Assembly: GCA_035656275.1 (NCBI GenBank)
Contig: DASRSW010000051.1
Span: forward strand, 8,068-72,067
Reading direction: 5' to 3'
Length of the DNA: 64,000 bases
DNA from: Thermoplasmata archaeon
GTDB taxonomy: Archaea; Thermoplasmatota; Thermoplasmata; Lutacidiplasmatales; UBA184
Shown here piece after piece: positions 57,036 to 64,000 of this stretch (position 1 is its first letter; each line of letters begins with the position of its first letter). The position numbers and the translations under genes were made by a program. The notes under the pieces are model-generated. The model did not search any database and had not been told where the DNA came from. It worked only from the letters and a program-made list of their open reading frames with translations.

Positions 57036-57919
57036 AGCTCGCGTACTATCCCGGCTGCGTCGCGCAGGAATCCGGGAAGGAGCTCGACATGGCGACCCGC
57101 TGGGTCTGCGGGCGGCTCGGGATCGACCTCGTGGCGTTCCCGAACTTCTCCTGCTGCGGGTCGGGGTTCCTCGACGAGGCGAACGCAACGCTCAACGTGG
57201 CCCTCAACGCGCGGAATCTCGCCATCGCGGAGAACGCCGGACTCGACCTCCTCACGATCTGCTCCACCTGCACGGGCATGTTGACGCTCGCCAACCGCCG
57301 CATGGAGGAGGCGGCGGTGCGGACGCGCGTCGATGGCGCGCTCGCGAAGATCGGCGTCACCTATCGCGGGACCGTCCGGGTCAAACACCTGCTGGAGGTG
57401 CTGACGAAGGACGTCGGCCTCGACGCGATCCGCGCCAAGGTCCAGCGTCCCCTGCGGGGGCTCAAGGTCGGGGCGTTCTACGGCTGCCACCTCTTGCGGC
57501 CCCAGGCGGAGATGAAGAGCGAGAGCGCCGAAGAGCCCCATGCGTTCGAGGACCTGCTCGAGGCGCTCGGCGCCACGCCGGTCTATTACCGGGGCCGCGT
57601 CATGTGCTGCGGATTCCCCATCCTCTTCGTGAAGGAACCTACGGCGAGCCGCATTGCGGGGACCCAGATCGACGACGCTCGGGCCCACGGGGCGGAGGCG
57701 ATGGCCACCCCGTGCCCCCTCTGTCACATCTCGCTCGATTCCTTCCAGAACAAGGCGGAGCAGGCCGTGGGCCATCCACTGGAGATGCCCGTGTTCCACC
57801 TGCCCCAGCTGGTCGGCCTCGCGCTCGGGGCTTCGCCCGAGGAGCTCGGCCTCCCCCGTCATATGGTGTCGACCGACGCTGCGCTCCGAAAGATCGGCCA
57901 GGTCGCGGTACCGGGCTAG
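57032..57919 (+). CDS. CCG-domain (HdrB-like) subunit, SdhE/SdhC of type-E succinate dehydrogenase
   Basis: Two CCG motifs (NFSCCGSG and VMCCGFP) plus [21 protein letters not shown] and TPCPLCH. The GTG start overlaps the sdhB stop (GTGA). Confidence 0.7.
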   Translation: MKLAYYPGCVAQESGKELDMATRWVCGRLGIDLVAFPNFSCCGSGFLDEANATLNVALNARNLAIAENAGLDLLTICSTCTGMLTLANRRMEEAAVRTRVDGALAKIGVTYRGTVRVKHLLEVLTKDVGLDAIRAKVQRPLRGLKVGAFYGCHLLRPQAEMKSESAEEPHAFEDLLEALGATPVYYRGRVMCCGFPILFVKEPTASRIAGTQIDDARAHGAEAMATPCPLCHISLDSFQNKAEQAVGHPLEMPVFHLPQLVGLALGASPEELGLPRHMVSTDAALRKIGQVAVPG

Positions 57920-57993
57920 GCCGGAAGGCGTCCCCCGGGCCGCGGGGCCCCTGTCCGCCCGGGGATGCGCCAGGTCAGGTCGCGGCCGCCGGC

Positions 57994-58269
57994 CTAGGGA
58001 GCGGGGCTCGAGTCAGCGGCCGGGCCCGGCGCGAGGAGCTCCTGCGCCCCTTTCCCCTTCGTCACATAGAGGTGGAGCCGGTCGCACATCCCGCGGAAGT
58101 AGGCCGCTCCGGCGCTCCCGTACGTCGAGCGGAGCTCCTCCCCGATCCGCGTGTCGTCCCAGCTCGGGTCGACCTCGGGCGTGAAGAGGCACTGGAACAC
58201 CAAGAACCGCTTCCCCTCGAGGTCGACCCGGTCGGTCTGAGGGGCGCCGCAGAAGGGGCAGACGGTCAC
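57994..58269 (-). CDS. small Cys-containing hypothetical protein
   Basis: 91 aa with N-terminal CPFCG. No family recognised. Confidence 0.4.
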   Translation of the reverse strand: MTVCPFCGAPQTDRVDLEGKRFLVFQCLFTPEVDPSWDDTRIGEELRSTYGSAGAAYFRGMCDRLHLYVTKGKGAQELLAPGPAADSSPAP

Positions 58270-58311
58270 ACACCCCTACCCCCACGACGGCGTAAAGGGA
58301 TTGCCGGCGGC

Positions 58312-58542
58312 TCAATCGATGTAGCCGAGCGAACGGAGCCGCTCGCGAAGCCGCCGCTCATCGGACTCGCTGAACGGTTCGTTCGAGGGCTCGTCCAAGA
58401 GGCGGGCGAGGATGAACGCCACGTACGCGTCGAGATCGGGAAAGGAGCTCCCGCGCATCCGGCGCTCGAGCCGTTCGGCGACCTCCTCGGGGATGCGTAG
58501 CGGACGCCCCGACTTCGCCGGGCTGCTCGGGGTGTCGCTCAT
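58312..58542 (-). CDS. small ribbon-helix-helix-like protein
   Basis: 76 aa. LRIPEEVAERLERRMR...LDAYVAFILARLL fits a beta-strand/helix/helix layout. The ATG overlaps the guaA stop (ATGA, 58539-58542). I trimmed the track ORF (59094). Confidence 0.4.
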   Translation of the reverse strand: MSDTPSSPAKSGRPLRIPEEVAERLERRMRGSSFPDLDAYVAFILARLLDEPSNEPFSESDERRLRERLRSLGYID

Positions 58543-59486
58543 TCCCACTCGATGGTCGCCGGCGGCTTGTCCGTGATATCGTAGAGGACCCGCGTCACCT
58601 TCCCCGGAGCCGCGCGGGTGATCCGCTCGGCGATCCGGCGCAGAAGTTCGGGGGGCAGCGCCATGGCGGTGGCCGTCATCGCATCCGTCGACTCGACCAC
58701 GCGCACGCTCACCGCCTCCCCATAGATTCGGTTGTCGCCGGTCACGCCCACGGTCCGGGCGGGCACGAGCACGGCGAAGTACTGCCAGGGCCGGGGGATG
58801 GCCCCGGAGTCGATGGCCCGCTCGACCTCCTCCTCGACGATCGCGTTCGCCGCGCGGGCGACTGCCACGCGCTCCGCGGTGACCGCCCCCCCGACGCGCA
58901 CGGCGAGCCCCGGCCCCGGGAACGGTTGCCGCTCGGGCCGCGGCACGCCCAGATGCTCCGCGAGCGCCCGAACCTCGTCCTTGTAGAGGTCGCGGAGCGG
59001 CTCCACGATGCGGACCTTGACGTCTCCGGGAACCCCCCCCACGTTGTGATGGGTCTTGATCGTGTCCCGAAGCTGGCCGCCGCTCTCGATCCAATCCGGG
59101 GCGATGGTCCCTTGGATGAGCACCTCGGCCTTCGAGCGGGCCGCCTCCTCTTCGAATAGACGGATGAAGGCCGTGCCGATCCGCCGCCGCTTCTCCTCGG
59201 GGTCGATCACCCCGGCCAGCGTACCCAGGAAGCGGTCCGCCGCGTCGAGAACCTCGAACCGCACGTGGCTCGCGCGAAGGAACTCGCCGACGCGCTCGAC
59301 CTCGCCCGCCCGCAAAAGGCCCGTGTCGACGAAGAGCGCCCGCGCGCGCTCCCCGAGCGCCTCCTCGGCGAGCACCGCCGCCACCGTGCTGTCGATCCCC
59401 CCGCTCGCCGCGACGATCGCCCTGCCGGGGACGTCCGAACGGAGCTTGGCGACCGCCTCGCGATGGAACTGGGCCGGGTCGTTCAC
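58539..59486 (-). CDS. guaA: GMP synthase subunit B (ATP pyrophosphatase domain, split archaeal form)
   Basis: PP-loop VAASGGIDSTVAA, with C-terminal ...ITDKPPATIEWE. Confidence 0.9.
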   Translation of the reverse strand: MNDPAQFHREAVAKLRSDVPGRAIVAASGGIDSTVAAVLAEEALGERARALFVDTGLLRAGEVERVGEFLRASHVRFEVLDAADRFLGTLAGVIDPEEKRRRIGTAFIRLFEEEAARSKAEVLIQGTIAPDWIESGGQLRDTIKTHHNVGGVPGDVKVRIVEPLRDLYKDEVRALAEHLGVPRPERQPFPGPGLAVRVGGAVTAERVAVARAANAIVEEEVERAIDSGAIPRPWQYFAVLVPARTVGVTGDNRIYGEAVSVRVVESTDAMTATAMALPPELLRRIAERITRAAPGKVTRVLYDITDKPPATIEWE

Positions 59487-59941
59487 GCGCGATTCCCGCT
59501 CGCGGGCGGCTCCTCCTTCCAGCGAGCGCGGTAGGCCGTCAGGGCCCGGGTAAGGTCGGGGTACTTGAGCGCGAGGATCTCGGTCGCGAGCAGCGCCGCG
59601 TTCTCCGCCGCGTCCAGCCCGACGGACGCCACCGGGACCCCCGGAGGCATCTGCACGACGGAGAGAAGGCTATCGAGTCCGAGCCCGCGGTGGAGCGGTA
59701 CGCCGATGACCGGCTTCAGGGTCCGGGCCGCCACGGTACCGGGAAGGGCGGCGGAGAGTCCGGCCATCGCGATGAACACATCGGTGTCGGGGTCGGCCGC
59801 GAGCCGGTCGACCCGTTCCGGCGTCCGGTGGGCGGAGGCGACATGCACCTCACAGGGCACGCCGAGCTCCGTGAGTCGGCTGCGGACCTTCTCCGCGACT
59901 TCGAGGTCGGACTTGCTCCCGACGAGGACGGCGACCTTCAT
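59483..59941 (-). CDS. purE: PurE (N5-CAIR mutase / AIR carboxylase catalytic subunit)
   Basis: Segment KVAVLVGSKSDLEVAEKV...HVASAHRTPERV...AMAGLSAALPG...GVPVASVG. I trimmed the track ORF (60130) to the ATG at 59941. Confidence 0.85.
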   Translation of the reverse strand: MKVAVLVGSKSDLEVAEKVRSRLTELGVPCEVHVASAHRTPERVDRLAADPDTDVFIAMAGLSAALPGTVAARTLKPVIGVPLHRGLGLDSLLSVVQMPPGVPVASVGLDAAENAALLATEILALKYPDLTRALTAYRARWKEEPPASGNRA

Positions 59942-60025
59942 CACCGCCGTGGAACGCCGCCGGGAGAAAAAGGTGCGGGGCGCGCTGGGGGAAACCTCCT
60001 TAGTTCCGCGCGCTCCGCCCCGACC

Positions 60026-60694
60026 GTGTCGTGGCAGCTCCACCGCGGGGGCCGGCTCCGCCGCTGGCTGGGCGCGCGGTTCGGAGGGGGCGCCGACACG
60101 GGGGACCGGATCCTTCGACGGGTGTTCCATCTCGCCGGGGTCGCGGTCCTAGTCTACTACGTGCTTCCCCCCGAGTTCTTCATCGTCCTTCCGACCCGCG
60201 TCGTCCTCGTGCTCGCGCTCGTCGCCGTCCTGGGCATCGAGCTCGTGCGGCTCCTGGGCCGCGTCGAGGTCCCGACGATCCGGGAGTACGAGCGGCGGCG
60301 CATGGCGAGCTATGCCTGGTACGGCGTCGCCCTCGTCCTCGCGGTCCTCGTCTTCCCGGAGGCCGTGGCGATCGCGGTCGTGCTGGGCACCGCGCTCGTC
60401 GACCCCCTCATTGGCGAACTGCGACGGGACCCGGCCCGGTTCCGGCGAATGTACCCGTGGGTCCCCCTCCTCGTCTACGCTGGCCTCGCGGCCCTTCCGC
60501 TCGCCGGGTTCGGCTGGGGACTCGCGCGCGCGGTGGGATTCGGGCTCGTGGCCGCGGTGATCGCCGTCGGCGTCGAACGCCCGAAGCTGCTCCTCGTCGA
60601 CGATGACCTCGCGATGACGGTGGTCCCCGCGGTCGCGCTCACCGCCCTGGGCCTCCTCGGGCCGGGCGCGCCCCTCGCCGGGGCGTGGCCGTAG
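60026..60694 (+). CDS. polytopic membrane protein, possibly polyprenol/dolichol-kinase-like (COG0170-like)
   Basis: At least five or six hydrophobic helices (VFHLAGVAVLVYYVL, VVLVLALVAVLGIELV, YAWYGVALVLAVLVF, and others). The family assignment is weak. The start (GTG 60026) is chosen only because it lies downstream of the purE start. Confidence 0.35.
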   Translation: MSWQLHRGGRLRRWLGARFGGGADTGDRILRRVFHLAGVAVLVYYVLPPEFFIVLPTRVVLVLALVAVLGIELVRLLGRVEVPTIREYERRRMASYAWYGVALVLAVLVFPEAVAIAVVLGTALVDPLIGELRRDPARFRRMYPWVPLLVYAGLAALPLAGFGWGLARAVGFGLVAAVIAVGVERPKLLLVDDDLAMTVVPAVALTALGLLGPGAPLAGAWP

Positions 60695-60703
60695 GGCGGG
60701 TCG

Positions 60704-62248
60704 CTACACGACGGGCGTGAGCTTGGCGCTCGGGGCGCCCTTCTCCGTCTCGATGGAGATCGAGTAGATGGTCGTGCGCGGCCGGATCCCGTAGATGCAC
60801 GGGGCGTTGTCGATGTTGATGATCCGGAAGTACGTGTCCATCATGTTGAGGATCTCGCTCGACACGAGGAGCCCCGGCTTCAGGAGGCCGATCCCGAGGT
60901 TCCCGACGAGCTTCGTGCGCTGGACCCCGTGGAAGTACATCCGGATCGCGACCTGGTCGCCCATGAGGCTCTCGAGCGTGTCGAAGGCGGTGTACTCGAG
61001 GAACGGCTTCTGCTCGGGTCCACGGGCGGCCTTCTCGGCCGTCACCATGGCGCGCATCGCTTCGTCCCGGCCGAACCGGGCCATCGGCACGATGTAGACC
61101 TCTTCGGTCTCGTTGGCCGTGTAATCGGCGATCCGCACCCGCGTGTCGAAGACGTTGGGAGCGGTGTGGCGCGTGAGCGTCTCCCGCAGCTTCTCGTGGG
61201 ACTCGCCGGCGGCCAGGACCGCGATGATCCCGCGTCCCTGGGTGAGGAAGTTGAGGAAGGTCGGCGTGAACAGCATGTAGTAGTCGTCGATGCCGACGTT
61301 CACGTCGACCTCGAAGGCGTTGAAGCTCCCGCGACGGAACCCTCCGCCCAAGAGAGTGTCGAAATCGGGGATCCCGGTGGAGTAGAACCGCTCGGGGTCG
61401 AGGGTCGGCTTCCAGAGCGAGGTGGCCGGCGGGACGTGGTTCGCCTGCGGGAACCCGAGCGCCTCGAAGCGGCCGCCATTGAGCGTGACCGCGTAGCGCG
61501 GACGGCTGATGTTGGTCGCCCGAAGCTTCTCGAGCCGAAGGTGACGGACGCGACGCTCGTCCAGCTCCTCGCGCTGGATGGAGATGAGCCCGTCCACCAG
61601 GTACTCGATCCCGCCCGCTTCGGGCTTTTCGAGGATCATCACCACGTTCGTGTTGGAGCTCTCGACCAGGTCCTTCTGGAGCGCCATCACGAACTCTTCC
61701 ATCTCGAGTCCGTACTTGTGCGTGATTCCTTCCAGGGAGTCGATGACGAGCAGCGACTTCTCCGGGAGCGCCTGCTCGATGCGGTTGTAGACGTTCTCCA
61801 CCTCGGGCATCGGCGTCCTCTTGAGGAGCGCCGTCAAATGGGCGCGGTCCACCCGGGTCGGGGGGCCCCGCTCCTCGGCGAAGGTGCGCATCATCTCGCG
61901 GGCGGCCTGGATCTTCCGTTTCTCCGCGTCGGGGAGCTCGCTCTGGGCGGGCCGGCCCCCGGCGCTGATGGCATCGAGGAACAGCTTCCCCGCGTCCAGG
62001 ATGCGCGCCCGCATCTCCGTCGCCTTGAGCCACGGGAACTGCCGGTAGAGCGCCTCATCGCCGACGCGCGTCGAAAGGTAGTAGGACTGCTGTGGACGGC
62101 CGATCCGCTCTAGCAGTTCGAGACCGAACGTCGTCTTTCCCGTACCGGCGCCGCCCTTCACGATCAGGGAACGGCCGCCGCGTCCTCCCAAGAACGCGAT
62201 CACTTCCGGCGGGACTCCCAGGAGCTTCCCGCCGTCCTCGCTCGTCAC
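60704..62248 (-). CDS. two-domain KaiC/RecA-superfamily ATPase, second domain degenerate
   Basis: Walker A VKGGAGTGKTTFGLELL and Walker B-like LLVIDSLEG, separated by an ~80-aa insert. The second KaiC-like domain (YSTGIPDFDTLLGGGFRRGSFNAFEV) has no P-loop. Confidence 0.6.
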   Translation of the reverse strand: MTSEDGGKLLGVPPEVIAFLGGRGGRSLIVKGGAGTGKTTFGLELLERIGRPQQSYYLSTRVGDEALYRQFPWLKATEMRARILDAGKLFLDAISAGGRPAQSELPDAEKRKIQAAREMMRTFAEERGPPTRVDRAHLTALLKRTPMPEVENVYNRIEQALPEKSLLVIDSLEGITHKYGLEMEEFVMALQKDLVESSNTNVVMILEKPEAGGIEYLVDGLISIQREELDERRVRHLRLEKLRATNISRPRYAVTLNGGRFEALGFPQANHVPPATSLWKPTLDPERFYSTGIPDFDTLLGGGFRRGSFNAFEVDVNVGIDDYYMLFTPTFLNFLTQGRGIIAVLAAGESHEKLRETLTRHTAPNVFDTRVRIADYTANETEEVYIVPMARFGRDEAMRAMVTAEKAARGPEQKPFLEYTAFDTLESLMGDQVAIRMYFHGVQRTKLVGNLGIGLLKPGLLVSSEILNMMDTYFRIINIDNAPCIYGIRPRTTIYSISIETEKGAPSAKLTPVV

Positions 62249-62355
62249 GTTGGACCACCCTTCGATTCAGCCACGAGAGCCCACGGCGCCTTCGTGGTTT
62301 CGACCGTCTAAAGCCACCCACGGGAAGGTAAACCTTTCTACCCGCCGGCGAGCGC

Positions 62356-64000
62356 TCAAGGCGGTAGTGCCGTGGCGCGCCGCACGGCGGCGTCCCGGGC
62401 CTGCGCGAGCGCTCGGTCAAGGGGTTCCCCGGGCTCGCCCACGGCCGTCGCGGCGGAGGGGTTGCCGCCGCCTTTTCCTCCGAAGGCGCCCCGGGCCTCG
62501 TCGAGGACGGCGGAGGCCGGGACCCGCGAACTGCTCGACCCGACGAACAGGATCCCCCGACCGTCGGACTCCGCCGCCAGGACGGCGACCCGGTCGGGCG
62601 CCCGGGTGAGGAGCCGCGAAAGCTCCTGGAGGCTCCCCCGGTCGCCCGCCACCCGCGCGGCCGTGACGGTGACCCCGCCGGCCGCGGCAGTCGCCTGCGC
62701 GTCGGCCGTCAACCGGTCGGCGACGAGCCGACCGTCCTCCTTCTCCTGGACCTTCGAGCGGCGGCGGCCCTCCTCCACCTGGGCGAGGAGGCGGCCGATC
62801 CCCTCGGGGAGCTTTTCCTTCGGCACCCCCAACTGCCGGGCTGCCTCGGCGAGGACGCGGGCGTTCTCGTCCAGCACGTCGAGCGCACGCTCTCCGGCCG
62901 CGTAGCTCAACCGCACGATGCCGTCCTGGATCCGCTCGCTCCCGAGGATGGTGACGAGGCCGACTTCGCCGGTCCGGGTGCAGTGCGTTCCCCCGCAGGC
63001 CTCCACGTCGAATCCCTCCACCTCGACGATGCGGAGCTCCCGACCGGGGACGGCGCCCCCCTGATAGAGCGTGAACCCGAACCGGCGCTCGGCCTCCGAC
63101 CGCGACTCGAAGTAACTCTTCACCGGGCGATTCTCCCGGATGATCCGGTTCACCCGGCGCTCCACCGTCCGCACCTCCTCCGCGCTCAGGGCCCGGAAAT
63201 GCGTGATGTCGATCCGGGCGTTGTCGACCCCCTTGAACGCCCCGGCCTGCCAGACGTGGTGGCCGAGCGCTTCCCGCAGAGCGCCATTGAGGAGGTGCGT
63301 TGCCGTGTGGTGCTGCATCAGCTGCGTGCGCCGCGGGCCGTCGATGCGTGCGTGGACGCGTTCGCCCACGGTGAACGTGTGCGCCCGGTCGAGGCGGTGG
63401 AACACCCAGCGTCCGCCGCGGGCGACCTCCACCACGGGGATCCCGCCCAGCTCACCCGTGTCGCTGATCTGGCCTCCGCCGGTCGGATAGAAGAACGTAC
63501 GGTCCAGCACCACGTGGGCGCCGTGGCTGAAGGCGACGTGGGCGTCGAAGGCGAGCGTGTAAGGGTCGAGGTAGTACTCGACCTTCGTGTCGGGCACCTC
63601 GGACGGCACCGCCGGAAGGCCGCCGGTCTTCTCCGCGTAGTCGGTCTCGGGGGTTTCGGCCTCGTGGAGGAGGGCGACCCGGGGATAGAAGTCCGGCGGG
63701 ACCGGGATCGGGCGCTTCAGCTCCGCGACCGCCACGTCGGGGGGGATGCCGAGAGAATCGTACCAGGTGATCAGGTCCTCCTCGGTGACCGTGGCGCCGG
63801 ACTTCTCGAGACGCTCTTCCTGCCGGCGGACCGTGGCACGCGCCCGGCCGATCGCCTCGTCATACCGCTCCATCTCCGCCTCGACAACCCGGTGGAAGTC
63901 CTCCCGATGTTCGCCCACCTCGGGATAGTCGAGGGCGATCTCGCGGCCCGCCCGGTCGAGGACGGCAAGGAGCCCCGGCGCTTCCGGGACCTTGGCCAGG
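62356..64000 (-). CDS. alaS: alanyl-tRNA synthetase, partial (N-terminal part beyond the right window edge)
   Basis: Editing-domain motifs HHTATHLL and CGGTHC plus a C-terminal DHHA1-like region. Hand translation shows the frame stays open from 63918 to 64000. Confidence 0.85.
   Translation of the reverse strand, partial: LAKVPEAPGLLAVLDRAGREIALDYPEVGEHREDFHRVVEAEMERYDEAIGRARATVRRQEERLEKSGATVTEEDLITWYDSLGIPPDVAVAELKRPIPVPPDFYPRVALLHEAETPETDYAEKTGGLPAVPSEVPDTKVEYYLDPYTLAFDAHVAFSHGAHVVLDRTFFYPTGGGQISDTGELGGIPVVEVARGGRWVFHRLDRAHTFTVGERVHARIDGPRRTQLMQHHTATHLLNGALREALGHHVWQAGAFKGVDNARIDITHFRALSAEEVRTVERRVNRIIRENRPVKSYFESRSEAERRFGFTLYQGGAVPGRELRIVEVEGFDVEACGGTHCTRTGEVGLVTILGSERIQDGIVRLSYAAGERALDVLDENARVLAEAARQLGVPKEKLPEGIGRLLAQVEEGRRRSKVQEKEDGRLVADRLTADAQATAAAGGVTVTAARVAGDRGSLQELSRLLTRAPDRVAVLAAESDGRGILFVGSSSSRVPASAVLDEARGAFGGKGGGNPSAATAVGEPGEPLDRALAQARDAAVRRATALPP

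Overview
High-GC (about 70% by hand counts of sample lines) archaeal chromosome segment. Most of it is housekeeping. Identifying genes include PAN, Cdc48/VAT, MCM, proteasome beta subunit, aCPSF1, archaeal SepF, Cgi121, NMD3, L10e/L18e/uL13/uS9/RpoN, archaeal-type AspRS and AlaRS, split GMP synthase, pyrD-pyrK-pyrG, a type-E-like succinate dehydrogenase, and bacterial-type ClpB and MutS/MutL. A Thermoplasmatota-like euryarchaeon is my guess, at low confidence. All product calls come from motif recognition by eye; no database search was run.

Features that stand out:
1. The first ~4.4 kb has visibly lower GC. It encodes only secreted/surface proteins, including a 471-codon partial ORF missing from the supplied track. 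A tRNA-3'-half-like fragment sits at its boundary.
2. Two of the three tRNA genes carry introns at non-canonical positions with readable bulge-helix-bulge motifs. These are initiator tRNA-Met (D-loop) and tRNA-Gly (T-loop, position 59/60). The tRNA-Gly also has C instead of U at position 33.
3. A solo TnpB (IS200/IS605 OrfB-type RNA-guided nuclease family) is inserted between pyrK and pyrG.
4. A translationally coupled mutS-mutL-orf175 operon, whose third gene looks like an Hjc-type PD-(D/E)xK nuclease.
5. An AspRS whose OB-fold is encoded upstream of the first canonical start codon.
6. Divergent gene pairs that share a single TATA element, and widespread GTGA stop/start overlaps.

The many long ORFs antisense to real genes are treated as high-GC artefacts. 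No CRISPR array, rRNA or integrase was seen.
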